NCBI GenBank assembly: GCA_041742355.1
Contig: JBGSIV010000119.1
Coordinates: 1 to 24,057, forward strand
Length of the DNA: 24,057 bases
Source of the DNA: Candidatus Zixiibacteriota bacterium
GTDB taxonomy: Bacteria; Zixibacteria; MSB-5A5; GN15; FEB-12
Reading direction: 5' to 3'
Of this stretch, positions 1 through 9,134 are shown piece after piece. A program made the translations under genes and the position numbers. The notes beneath the pieces were generated by a model that saw only the letters and a list, made by a program, of their open reading frames with translations, ran no database searches and was not told where the DNA came from. The stretch's first letter is position 1. Each line of letters starts with the position of its first letter.

Positions 1-397
1 TTTCGCGGACAGTGGACTCCAGGCCGACCTCGAACAACAGGATAATGACGCCGATCTCGGCGAGTACCTGAAAGATCAGTATGAGGCTGGGATCCTGCGA
101 GAACGGCAGAAAAGAGGTCAGACCGAGCAGATGGGCGTTGCCGATCGCTATGCCGACGAGCAGTTCGCCGAGGACTGCCGGGGCCTTGATGCGTTCGAAA
201 AGATCTCCGCCGAGCTTGGCCGCAAGGAGAATGATGACCAGTTCGAGAAGCACCTGCAGGACCGGGCCGCCGTGCCCCTCCCCCCCGCTGCCGTCGCCGG
301 GACCACCGGCGGGGGCGGCGAAAGCGACAGCGTACAGGACGTAGACGCTGGCGATGACGATAAACAGGAGCAGGCGCTTGCTGTTCAAGAAACGCAC
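1..397 (-). CDS. Cation:proton antiporter, CPA2 / Na_H_Exchanger family (5' part; runs off the window start)
   Basis: Manual minus-strand translation gives MRFLNSKRLLLFIVIASVYVLYAVAFAAP...HGGPVLQVLLELVIILLAAKLGGDLFERIKAPAVLGELLVGIAIGN...LAEIGVIILLFEVGLES. The PxVLGELLxG and AEIGVxxLLFxxGLE motifs are typical of CPA2. The GTG start at 397 follows GGAGG; TTG at 388 is an alternative. It is absent from the ORF track because it is truncated. Confidence 0.9.
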   Translation of the reverse strand, partial: MRFLNSKRLLLFIVIASVYVLYAVAFAAPAGGPGDGSGGEGHGGPVLQVLLELVIILLAAKLGGDLFERIKAPAVLGELLVGIAIGNAHLLGLTSFLPFSQDPSLILIFQVLAEIGVIILLFEVGLESTVRE

Positions 398-581
398 AGG
401 ACCTCCAAATTTGCCTCGGACGTTGCGAACCACCGGCCGATGCCGCCGCGTGGGCAGAAACCATCCATAAATCCGAAGGTAGGCCATGAGGAGACCCGGG
501 ACAAGTATTTTCGTGCCGGATTTCGTCTGAGCTCCCCTACCGCCCGGGATCGCACCCGACGCAACGGGAGCAGCATCGGGA

Positions 582-609
582 TTCAGCTTTCACCCGCAAG
601 TGTCGACAT
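582..609 (+). promoter_or_regulatory. Possible sigma28 (FliA/SigD)-type promoter for motAB
   Basis: TTCA-N16-GTCGACAT versus consensus TAAA-N15/16-GCCGATAA (-10 matches 5/8). It lies 53 nt before the motA ATG, and motAB is a classic sigma28 target. Confidence 0.35.
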
Positions 610-662
610 AGTAGAGGAACAGGATGGAATACAACCCTTCGTAGTATACAGGTAAGCGCGCT

Positions 663-1520
663 ATGTTCATTTTCATCGGGGCTCTCATCGTGCTCGGCGG
701 CGTGCTGGGCGGGTACACGTGGCACGGCGGCAAGATCCTGGCCCTCAATCAGCCGGCGGAACTGGTCATCATCGGGGGTGCTGCCCTCGGATCGCTGCTT
801 ATCTCCACGCCGCTTTCGGTGGTCAAGGGGATCTTCGCGCAGCTCAAGCAGGCGATGGGCGGCGGACTCAAGAAGAAGGACTATCTTGACCTGCTGGTCA
901 TGATGTTCGAGATCTTCAACGTGGCCCGCAAGGACGGCCTGATCGGGCTGGAAAGCCATGTCGAGCGCCCGGAGGACAGCGAGATATTCAAGCGGTACCC
1001 GACGTTTCTCAAGAATCACCATGCAGTGGCATTTTTCACCGACACGATGCGGGTGATTATTTCCGGCGCCGTGCAGCCGCACGACCTCGAGGACCTGATG
1101 GATTCGGACATCGAGATCCTCCACGAAGAGGAACGGCGGCCGTCGGATGCCCTCGGGGCGATTGCCGACGCATTGCCGGGACTCGGAATCGTGGCGGCCG
1201 TGCTTGGCGTGGTGATCACGATGGCGGCGATCGACGGCCCGCCATCCGAGATCGGCCACAAGGTCGCCTCGGCGCTGGTCGGGACATTCCTGGGGATTCT
1301 GGGATCGTATGGTTTTGTCGGGCCGCTCGCGGCGAGCCTGAAACATCGGATCAACGACTCCAAGCAGTACCTCGGCTGTATGAAATACGCGCTGCTGTCG
1401 TTCCACAAGGGCGTAGCGGGCGTAATCGCGGTCGAATTCGCGCGGCGGTCGCTGTACGCCGAAGTTCGCCCGGGGTTCCTCGACCTGGAAAAGGCCTGTA
1501 ACGAAGCGAAAAAGCGGTAG
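663..1520 (+). CDS. motA: Flagellar motor stator protein MotA
   Basis: 285 aa with an N-terminal TM hairpin, then QPAELVIIGGAA, ARKDGLIGLE, and the C-terminal LPGLGIVAAVLGVVITM...IGHKVASALVGTFLGILGSYGFVGPLA characteristic of MotA. Confidence 0.97.
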   Translation: MFIFIGALIVLGGVLGGYTWHGGKILALNQPAELVIIGGAALGSLLISTPLSVVKGIFAQLKQAMGGGLKKKDYLDLLVMMFEIFNVARKDGLIGLESHVERPEDSEIFKRYPTFLKNHHAVAFFTDTMRVIISGAVQPHDLEDLMDSDIEILHEEERRPSDALGAIADALPGLGIVAAVLGVVITMAAIDGPPSEIGHKVASALVGTFLGILGSYGFVGPLAASLKHRINDSKQYLGCMKYALLSFHKGVAGVIAVEFARRSLYAEVRPGFLDLEKACNEAKKR

Positions 1521-1526
1521 CGACCG

Positions 1527-2372
1527 ATGTCCGACGAACAGCCGATCATAATACGACGCAAGAAGCATGGCCATGCCGGGCATCACGGCGGGGCGTGGAA
1601 AGTGGCGTTTGCCGATTTCATGACAGCTATGATGGCGTTCTTCCTTGTGATGTGGCTGGTAGGTCAGAAACCGGAAGTCCGCGAAGCGGTGAGCGGCTAT
1701 TTCCGCGATCCGGGGAAATACCAGGAGCAGGGGGGCGCCGGGTTTCTGAAGGGGTCAAAGTCGCCTATTCCGAGCGATGAGCCGGCGGCCGGCCTGATCA
1801 AAGCGGATGAAACCAAGGGGGGCGGCGGGCCATCGGAGATGGAGCGCGACCAAATGAAGCAGGCCGCGATGAAGATTATCAGCGAGCTCGAGAAACAGGA
1901 AGCGTTCCGGAATCTCCGCGATAACGTCAAAATCCAGCTGACCTCGGAAGGATTGCGGATCATTCTCAATGAGTCCGAGCACTCCCCCGCGTTTTTTGAG
2001 CCGGGGTCGGCCAAACTGCTGCAGAAAAGCGCGGTGATCCTCATGACGATCGCGGGCGAGTTGGGGAATATCCACAATCGCCTCGTCATGGAAGGGCATA
2101 CCGACGCCTCGTATGCCGGCGCGGTGGGCTACACCAACTGGGAGTTGTCGGCCGATCGGGCGAACGCGGCGCGGGAGTTGATGGAAGCGCACGGGTTGTA
2201 TGACGGCCAGGTGCGCGAGGTGCGCGGGTTTGCCGATCAGTTCCCCATGATAGTCGAAAACCCGTCGGATGCGCGCAACCGCCGGGTAACGATCGTCGTG
2301 CTCTACGAGCACGTAGCCGGGCAGTACGACCAGATGGAAGTCGGCGCGGATCTGCTGGCCGAAGCGAACTAA
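1527..2372 (+). CDS. motB: Flagellar motor stator protein MotB (TM plus OmpA-like peptidoglycan-binding domain)
   Basis: HHGGAWKVAFADFMTAMMAFFLVMWL contains the conserved channel Asp. The C-terminal EGHTD..NWELSADRANAAR..RNRRV is an OmpA-like domain. It starts 6 nt after motA. Confidence 0.97.
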   Translation: MSDEQPIIIRRKKHGHAGHHGGAWKVAFADFMTAMMAFFLVMWLVGQKPEVREAVSGYFRDPGKYQEQGGAGFLKGSKSPIPSDEPAAGLIKADETKGGGGPSEMERDQMKQAAMKIISELEKQEAFRNLRDNVKIQLTSEGLRIILNESEHSPAFFEPGSAKLLQKSAVILMTIAGELGNIHNRLVMEGHTDASYAGAVGYTNWELSADRANAARELMEAHGLYDGQVREVRGFADQFPMIVENPSDARNRRVTIVVLYEHVAGQYDQMEVGADLLAEAN

Positions 2373-2446
2373 CTCAGAACTCGTCTGTTAAATAGTGGCG
2401 GCTCTCGGGGCCGTCGCCTATATTGGGCGCGAAAATCAGAACCCCT

Positions 2447-2476
2447 CCCCGGTCGATCCGAACCGGGGGTTTTTGT
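2447..2476 (+). terminator. Probable intrinsic terminator downstream of motB
   Basis: Stem CCCCGGT (2447-2453) / ACCGGGG (2462-2468) followed by GTTTTTGT. Confidence 0.6.
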
Positions 2477-2524
2477 GTTTTGGCCCGGCCCAATGGTCGC
2501 GGAAACAGGATACCAGACGAGGAT

Positions 2525-5500
2525 ATGGCAGCACCAACAGGACAGCAGACATCGACAGCAAAGGGCCGCCTCAAGCAGGTGATCGGCCGGTGGCTCGAAT
2601 ATGCCCCGGTCCAGGAACTGGCGGCGCGTCTCAACGGCCAGGCAGACGGAACAATCACAATCAGCGGCCTGGCCGGGTCATCCTCGGCCTTTCTCCTCCG
2701 GGCACTGGCCGACAAAGTCGGCCGTCCGACGCTGGTGGTGACCGTTACGCCGGAGTATGCCGCCGACCTCCACGAGGACCTGTCGATCCTGCTGGGCGCG
2801 GAGCGGGTCGGCCACTACCCCGCGCGGCAAATTCTCCCATACGATTTCAAGGCCCCGCAGGGGGAAATCATGGGGCGGCGGATTTCAACCCTGTCCAGCC
2901 TGCTTGACGGGCGCCTGACAGTCACGGTAGCTCCGATCCGGGCGGTACTGGAGCCGACGATCTCGCGGGATCTGCTCGACGCCAGCCGCATTGTTCTGGA
3001 GACGGGCAAGCCAACCGACATGAACGACTTGGTGCGTCGATTGGTCGCGCTGGGGTTCCGCCGGGTGCCCGTGGTCGAGGAGGTCGGCGATTTCGCCCTG
3101 CGCGGCGGCTTGGTGGATTTCTTCTCCCCCGGCTCCGAGGCGCCGTCGCGGGTGGAGTTTTTCGGCGACGAAATCGATACGATCCGCCTGTTCGATGTCG
3201 GCACGCAGCGGACAATCGACCGGGTGCAGCGGGTCGCGCTCCTGCCGCGACGGGAAGTGCCGATCACGATGGAGACGATCGAGCAGCATCTCGGCAGTTT
3301 GCCCGAACACGACGCCGACTACATTCGCGACCGCTACCTGAATGACCCGGAATTGCCCGGGCTGGAGTGGCTCGCGGTGCTGTTCGGAATCAAGCAGGGG
3401 TCTCTGCTCGAGTACCTGTCGGATGACGCCGTGGTCTGGCTCGAGAGTGAAGCAAAGCTCCGGGATGAAGCCACGGCAGTGATGAGCGAGGCCGAGCAGC
3501 TGTATATGCGCCTCAAGGGGCGGCTGGATCAACTGCCGAAGCCTGACCAGTATTACCATGGGGTGGATGCGACGTTTGGTCGACTCACGAAACACGCGCA
3601 CATTGACCACGCCCCATTTCGCGGCGGCCACAAGGATCTGATCGATTTCGCCTGCAAGCCGCATCCATCGCTGGGCTCGCGGCTGGATCTCCTCGTGGAG
3701 ACCACGAAGGAGTTCGACACGCTCGGGATGGTGCATTTTGTCGCAACGGATACGGAGGCACAGGCGCAACGGCTGGACGAGTTGATCGCAGAACGGGTCG
3801 GCACAGAGAACAAGCCGGTGATCGAGCCGGCGGATCTCAAGGGTGGATTTGTCTGCACCGCCGGGCGATTCGCCATTCTAACCGATCACGAGATTTTCGG
3901 CCGCCATCACCGCCGGGTGCGTCGGAAGAAGTTCAAGGAAGGGGTCGCGATCAGCGACTATGCCGCGCTGAACCGGGGGGATTTCGTGGTGCACACCGAC
4001 CACGGGATCGCGAAGTATCTCGGATTAGAGACTATCACGGTCGACGGCCGCCTGCGCGACTGCCTGCTTCTGCTCTACGAAGACAACGACAAGCTGTACG
4101 TTCCGATCGAGGAATTCAACCGGGTTTCGAAGTACGCCGGAGCGGACACGACGCCGCAATTGACCCGGCTGGGCGGGCCGCAGTGGGACAAGCTCAAGCT
4201 CAAGACCAAGAAGGCGATCGCCGACATGGCCGAGGACCTGATCAAGCTCTACGCCAAACGGCACAGCGCGACGGGATTCTCGTTCGGCGACGATACGGTG
4301 TGGCTACGGCAGCTGGAGGCGTCGTTCCCGTTCGAAGAGACGCCGGATCAGCTGAAGGCGATCAACGACGTCAAGCGGGACATGGCCAAAGAGGAGCCGA
4401 TGGACCGGCTGGTGGTCGGCGATGTCGGCTACGGCAAGACAGAAGTGGCGGTGCGGGCGGCATTCAAGGCGATCGAGCGGGGCAAACAGGTCGCGGTGCT
4501 GGTGCCAACCACCATTCTGGCCCAGCAGCACTACCAGACGTTCACCGAACGGCTGGCCGAGTTCCCGGCGCGGGTCGAAATGCTCTCGCGCTTCCGAACG
4601 GCGAAGCAGCAGAAGGATGTGGTCGAGGATCTCGCGGGGGGCAAAGTCGATCTGGTGATAGGGACGCATCGACTCCTGTCCAAGGATATCTTTATACCGA
4701 ACCTGGGCCTGTTGGTAATCGACGAAGAGCACCGGTTCGGCGTGCGGCATAAAGAAAAGCTCCGGCAGCTCAAGGAAACGGTCGACACGCTGGCGATGTC
4801 GGCGACCCCTATCCCCCGTACGCTGCACATGTCGCTCATGAGTGTGAGGGACATGAGCATGATTAATACGTCGCCTAAGGACCGTCTGCCGATTCTCACT
4901 GAGATTGTCGAGTTCGATCCGGCGACTATCGCGACCTCGATCCTGCGCGAACTGGGCCGCGGCGGGCAGGTTTTTTTCGTGCACAACCGGGTCCAGACGA
5001 TCGACGCGATGTACAACTACCTCAAGAAAATCGTGCCGCAGGCGGAGATCGCGGTGGCGCACGGGCAGATGCACGAGCGGTCGCTCGAGGGAATCATGCT
5101 GGCGTTTATGGCCAAGCGGTACAACGTGCTCCTGTGCACGTCGATTATCGAATCGGGTCTGGATATCGCCAATGCCAATACGATCATCATCAACCGGGCG
5201 GATCGGTTCGGCCTGGCGCAGCTCTACCAGATGCGCGGGCGGGTGGGGCGCAGCGCGACGAGGGCATACGCCTACCTGCTGACACCTCCGATCAAGCAGT
5301 TGCAGCCGGACGCGATCAAACGGTTGCGGGCAATCGAGGCGCACTCTGATCTCGGCAGCGGCTTTGCGCTGGCGATGCGGGATCTGGAGATTCGCGGGGC
5401 GGGAACGCTGCTGGGGCCAAGGCAGTCGGGGTATATCGAAGAGATCGGTTTCGACATGTACAATAAGCTGCTGGAAGAGGCCGTAGCTGAAATCAAGGGG

Positions 5501-5968
5501 GAGGAGTTGAAGCGACCGCCGGACACCAAGCTCGAGGTCGATCTGGAGTTGCACCTTCCCGACCAGTACGTCAGCGATCGCCACCAAAAAGTGGATATCT
5601 ACCGCCGGCTGGCCGACAGCCGGACCCTGGAGCAGGTGGAGAAGATCCGCGATGAGGTGACCGATCGGTTTGGCGTGCAGCCGCAATCGGCGGTGAACCT
5701 CTTCGACGCGACGGCGGTGAAGATCCTCGCGGCCGGCATCCAGGTGGAAAAGCTCAAGATGCACGGTGGGCGAGTCAACCTGTTCCTCGAAGAGGGGAAG
5801 CAGTTGACGCGCAGGACGGTGGAAGGATTGCGCAAGGCGACCGACTGCCCGATGGAGTTCTCGCTGATTGGCCGGGTGCAGGTGATGCTGGATCTGGGAA
5901 AAGTGTCGGAGCGGGAGCGCCTGCCGTATTTGCGGAAGGTGCTTTCTGCGGCTGAGCCGGTGGGATGA
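2525..5968 (+). CDS. mfd: Transcription-repair coupling factor Mfd
   Basis: UvrB-homology N-terminus (GDFALRGGLVD), CarD/RID domain (GDFVVHTDHGIAKY), SF2 motifs GDVGYGKT, DEEHRFG, SATPIPRT and QMRGRVGR, and TRG motif DLEIRGAG. The start is moved from 2423 to ATG 2525 (GAGGAT before it) because the extension overlaps the terminator. Confidence 0.97.
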   Translation: MAAPTGQQTSTAKGRLKQVIGRWLEYAPVQELAARLNGQADGTITISGLAGSSSAFLLRALADKVGRPTLVVTVTPEYAADLHEDLSILLGAERVGHYPARQILPYDFKAPQGEIMGRRISTLSSLLDGRLTVTVAPIRAVLEPTISRDLLDASRIVLETGKPTDMNDLVRRLVALGFRRVPVVEEVGDFALRGGLVDFFSPGSEAPSRVEFFGDEIDTIRLFDVGTQRTIDRVQRVALLPRREVPITMETIEQHLGSLPEHDADYIRDRYLNDPELPGLEWLAVLFGIKQGSLLEYLSDDAVVWLESEAKLRDEATAVMSEAEQLYMRLKGRLDQLPKPDQYYHGVDATFGRLTKHAHIDHAPFRGGHKDLIDFACKPHPSLGSRLDLLVETTKEFDTLGMVHFVATDTEAQAQRLDELIAERVGTENKPVIEPADLKGGFVCTAGRFAILTDHEIFGRHHRRVRRKKFKEGVAISDYAALNRGDFVVHTDHGIAKYLGLETITVDGRLRDCLLLLYEDNDKLYVPIEEFNRVSKYAGADTTPQLTRLGGPQWDKLKLKTKKAIADMAEDLIKLYAKRHSATGFSFGDDTVWLRQLEASFPFEETPDQLKAINDVKRDMAKEEPMDRLVVGDVGYGKTEVAVRAAFKAIERGKQVAVLVPTTILAQQHYQTFTERLAEFPARVEMLSRFRTAKQQKDVVEDLAGGKVDLVIGTHRLLSKDIFIPNLGLLVIDEEHRFGVRHKEKLRQLKETVDTLAMSATPIPRTLHMSLMSVRDMSMINTSPKDRLPILTEIVEFDPATIATSILRELGRGGQVFFVHNRVQTIDAMYNYLKKIVPQAEIAVAHGQMHERSLEGIMLAFMAKRYNVLLCTSIIESGLDIANANTIIINRADRFGLAQLYQMRGRVGRSATRAYAYLLTPPIKQLQPDAIKRLRAIEAHSDLGSGFALAMRDLEIRGAGTLLGPRQSGYIEEIGFDMYNKLLEEAVAEIKGEELKRPPDTKLEVDLELHLPDQYVSDRHQKVDIYRRLADSRTLEQVEKIRDEVTDRFGVQPQSAVNLFDATAVKILAAGIQVEKLKMHGGRVNLFLEEGKQLTRRTVEGLRKATDCPMEFSLIGRVQVMLDLGKVSERERLPYLRKVLSAAEPVG

Positions 5969-5996
5969 AAGGGGTGTAAGGAGTCCCCTTTCGAGC

Positions 5997-6025
5997 TTGC
6001 CGGAAGGAACGCTTCGTCGTATCTT
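5997..6025 (+). promoter_or_regulatory. Sigma70-type promoter for the downstream lipoprotein gene
   Basis: TTGCCG-N17-TATCTT, 57 nt before ATG 6083. Confidence 0.55.
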
Positions 6026-6082
6026 GCTGTCAGCTCGAAACGGGTCTGTCGCCGACGTGTGGACTATGGCCGGGGAGGCGGT

Positions 6083-6880
6083 ATGGTGCGGGTTTCACTT
6101 TCAATTCTACTGGTGCTGACGGCTGCGATCTGGCTCGGCTGCGCGGAGGACGACACTATCGTGCAACCGGACGGAAGAGTGCGGGTGATCGGTAATGTCT
6201 TCGCCTATATCTGCGATGAATCCTATCCGGCCAATGACGACCTCGATCACCGGTACATGGTCGAGACGGGGCGCACGGCGTATGTGACGTTCACCCGTAT
6301 CGATGGCGAGCAGGCGTGGGACGACACGTATACGCATTACCCGTCGCAGTTTCAGCTCTATATCGCCCCGGGCCTGTGGCGGGCAACCGTATTCACCGAC
6401 CACACGGTTCCGGATGTATTTGATTCCCTGGAAATCATTGGAGATACCGTTCTGGCTCTAAATCTGCGCTACGATTTCGAAGATCCGGATACGGTGGTGA
6501 TTGCGTACGAGTATTCCCTCGACGGTCCGGGAATACTGGATGATCCGGAGTCGCCGACATTTCCACAGTGGATCGACACACTCAATCTCGAGCTGGGGCG
6601 GAAGCTGGTGGTTTCCCATACGCGCCACTGGATGGACTCATCGGTGGCCCTGAACAAGCTGTGGTTCCTCTATTCGGCGCCGATTGCGGTCGATGCGCGG
6701 GTGTGGGAGATCTTTGCGATGCTGGGGAACTACCGTTTCGAGAATGACTTGCCGGACAAGTACCCCGACAATATGAGTATTTCATCCCGGCCTTATGGGT
6801 TGTGCCCGGGAGATTTCGAGATAGAGATCGATTCGACGATGGTCGATTCGGGCCGCGGGACCTACGAGCCGCCGGAGTGA
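6083..6880 (+). CDS. Hypothetical acidic lipoprotein
   Basis: GGGGAGG RBS before ATG 6083. The signal peptide MVRVSLSILLVLTAAIWLG-C has a lipobox. The mature part is Asp/Glu-rich and I recognise no domain. Confidence 0.75.
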   Translation: MVRVSLSILLVLTAAIWLGCAEDDTIVQPDGRVRVIGNVFAYICDESYPANDDLDHRYMVETGRTAYVTFTRIDGEQAWDDTYTHYPSQFQLYIAPGLWRATVFTDHTVPDVFDSLEIIGDTVLALNLRYDFEDPDTVVIAYEYSLDGPGILDDPESPTFPQWIDTLNLELGRKLVVSHTRHWMDSSVALNKLWFLYSAPIAVDARVWEIFAMLGNYRFENDLPDKYPDNMSISSRPYGLCPGDFEIEIDSTMVDSGRGTYEPPE

Positions 6881-6932
6881 GGGGCGACCCACCACCTTCT
6901 TGTCTCAAGGGTTCTCGGATCTCGTGAAATTC

Positions 6933-9134
6933 CTACTCCCATTTAACTAATTCCGGCACCGTCCCCTCCTCCACATCAATTCCCACGCCATAGTTGTTCT
7001 GCCCGAACAGCGAATCGGTGCGAGCAGGCATCAGCCACATCGTGTTGTCGATGGCGCGCGGATGGGCGGTTTCGGTGCTGTCGGTAAACGAGAAGTACCG
7101 GTCGGCGCCGCCGATATCGATAAACCCGCCGAATGAGTTGGCATAGGCGTAGTACGTAGTCAGCTTGCCGGGCTTGCCGTACCCCTCCCGCCAGGTCGCT
7201 TCGCCGAGGCCGGGAGTCCCCTTACCGAGGTAGTATGTGTCGTCGCCACCGATATCGATGAGGAGCGCGGTGGAACGGATCTGCGCCAACCCCATCGAGA
7301 TCATCTTCGCACGGTAGGTGTCGTCTCCACCCTTGTTGATCAAAAAGGCGTTGGTGAAGTCCCAGCCGAAACCGAGCGCCGCGCCGGCCGTTTCGAACAG
7401 CTCGTGGCGGTCGTTGCCGGCTTCATCAATGAGAATGCCGTTGCAGAAATGTGCGCCGGAGCCCTGCGTGAAATAGCAGGATTCGTAGAAGTCATCACCG
7501 GTTTTGTCGAGTGCTATCCCGGTGGCGAACCAGTAGCCGACACCAAGAGTCCAGTTGCCGGAGAAGTAGTGGTCGTTGCCGTGGATATCGAGGATAGCGC
7601 CGAGGCCGCCGGCCCACGCGTGGCCATCGGAGCCATCGCCGCGGCGGCCGTATCCCGCTCCCTGCGCGTTGTTGCCGTTGATCTTGTTCTGCGAGTGGTA
7701 ATCGCCGCGATTGTATTTCTCGGCAAAGGGTTCGGCGGTGTAGGTATCGTCGCCGTCGAATGAAGCGCACACGCCGATTCCGCCGCCCACTCCGCCCATT
7801 CCCTGTCCATCGCCATATATATAGTAGGAGTCGTCGCCGGTGCCGTCGAGGCAGAGGCCGATACCGAAATAGCCCGCCCCCTGCGCCGAGAGCTCGGCAG
7901 TGTAGATGTCGTTGCCGGAGCGGTCGCAGAGGACGCCGACACCGAAGAGCCCGGCTCCCTGGGCATAAGTGGAGCCGCTGTAGTGATCGTCGCCGCGGCT
8001 GTCAAGTACAAGGCCAATACCGCAGAGGCCGACACCCGTGGTCGGCGGATAAGCATTGCGGTTGTAGCCGTAGTAGTCGTCGCCGCCGAGGTCGATCACG
8101 ACTGACACGGGATTGGAGAGCGACGAGTTGGCGCCCGCGGTTCCCTGGTACACTGTGTGGCGGCCGAAGTCGAGGATAAGGAGGCTGTTGGTCGCGTCGT
8201 ATTCGAACCAGCCGGGCATCGACGAGGGGAGCTCTCCGCGCAGCGCATTGACCGACGCGGCCTGACGGGTGCGCTCGGCGGAGAAGACGGCGATAGTGCC
8301 GTACGGAGTGGGCAACTCCAGCGCAAAGTCGGCCGGGACGTCGCGGATGAATCGCCTGAGCGTGCGTTCCGCCTTCTCGGCAGCAGCGGCCGTTTTGAGC
8401 GCCGCGTAGTGCATCGAGGGGAGGTCGATAGTGGCGGCGATATCGTCGAGTTCGGGGTAGTACACCATGCCGTCCCCCTGGGTGCTGGCGAGGTCGCGGA
8501 TGGCCATGGCGCTCAGTAGGGCGTCGCGATCGCAGTTGCGCAGGGCGAGGTCACGCCAGTGAATGGCTTCAGTGAGGTTGACTACCAGTTCGGCGAGAGC
8601 CGTCTTCACCGAGTCGGGCAGCGAGGCGGTCTTTTCTTTGACCTCGCGGCTGATATCCGGCCATTCGGCCCGGTTGCCGAACGCGTAGAATTCGGTCTGG
8701 CGTCCGGCCATCGCGTACAGCTCCTCGATCGCGGTTAGCAGAGGTTCCTTGCTATCGGGGGCCGGTCTGAGGTTAGCCGAATAGGAGCGGAAGCCGCCGA
8801 GCTTCTTGTCGATCCCGAGGTTGTAGACAAGCTGGTAGAGGCCGTGGGCGGCGGTGTCGCCGTAGGCCGGGTCAAGGTAGATCTCGACCGCGTTACCCAT
8901 GGTCGTAGCGTAGTCATAGAGCCTGAGCGGTCCGGCAAAAAGGGCGTCGAAAGAGGTCAACCGGTGTGGGACGTCTAGCGGGAAGCGGTTCCAGTACCCC
9001 TGCGGCCGGTAGCCAAGGCTGTCGCGGCTGAAGCCGACTTCGGCGAGGATCTGCCCGAGGATGTCGGTCTGCGAGTGAACGGCGCCGACCGCGATAGCGA
9101 GTGACAGGAGAATGACACAGGCGGCTTTTCTCAT
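6933..9134 (-). CDS. Secreted 733-aa protein with about 11 Gly-rich DxxG(D/N)DxY repeats, function unknown
   Basis: Signal peptide MRKAACVILLSLAIAVGAVHS. The C-terminal half has repeats such as DLGGDDYY, DSRGDDHY, DRSGNDIY, DGTGDDSY, DIHGNDHY, DKTGDDFY and DIGGDDTY, separated by QGxGxxGxG segments. Confidence 0.85.
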   Translation of the reverse strand: MRKAACVILLSLAIAVGAVHSQTDILGQILAEVGFSRDSLGYRPQGYWNRFPLDVPHRLTSFDALFAGPLRLYDYATTMGNAVEIYLDPAYGDTAAHGLYQLVYNLGIDKKLGGFRSYSANLRPAPDSKEPLLTAIEELYAMAGRQTEFYAFGNRAEWPDISREVKEKTASLPDSVKTALAELVVNLTEAIHWRDLALRNCDRDALLSAMAIRDLASTQGDGMVYYPELDDIAATIDLPSMHYAALKTAAAAEKAERTLRRFIRDVPADFALELPTPYGTIAVFSAERTRQAASVNALRGELPSSMPGWFEYDATNSLLILDFGRHTVYQGTAGANSSLSNPVSVVIDLGGDDYYGYNRNAYPPTTGVGLCGIGLVLDSRGDDHYSGSTYAQGAGLFGVGVLCDRSGNDIYTAELSAQGAGYFGIGLCLDGTGDDSYYIYGDGQGMGGVGGGIGVCASFDGDDTYTAEPFAEKYNRGDYHSQNKINGNNAQGAGYGRRGDGSDGHAWAGGLGAILDIHGNDHYFSGNWTLGVGYWFATGIALDKTGDDFYESCYFTQGSGAHFCNGILIDEAGNDRHELFETAGAALGFGWDFTNAFLINKGGDDTYRAKMISMGLAQIRSTALLIDIGGDDTYYLGKGTPGLGEATWREGYGKPGKLTTYYAYANSFGGFIDIGGADRYFSFTDSTETAHPRAIDNTMWLMPARTDSLFGQNNYGVGIDVEEGTVPELVKWE

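Noticed and set aside
275..286. C-rich homopolymer in the antiporter gene as a phase-variation tract
   Set aside because: It is a short run encoding an in-frame Gly-rich linker (GSGGEGH), expected in GC-rich DNA.
502..520. Sigma54-like CGGCACGAAAATACTT on the minus strand before the antiporter
   Set aside because: The -24 half is good, but there is no GC at the -12 position (it reads GG-N10-CT).
81..655. Plus-strand ORFs 81-344 and 131-655
   Set aside because: They are antisense shadows of the antiporter gene with no recognisable protein features.
398..662. Fluoride, nhaA-I/II or Na+ riboswitch upstream of the antiporter
   Set aside because: I could not find the conserved cores on the minus strand by eye. 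An Infernal/Rfam scan would be decisive.
663..2372. motAB as Zorya (zorAB) defence system or ExbB/TolQ-type motor
   Set aside because: MotA is 285 aa with no long ZorA tail, there are no zorC/D/E neighbours, and both proteins carry canonical flagellar stator motifs.
4304..5764. Long antisense ORFs (537-1586, 2885-3769, 4304-5764, 19417-20943 and similar)
   Set aside because: They lie opposite well-supported genes and are explained by high GC3 codon bias.
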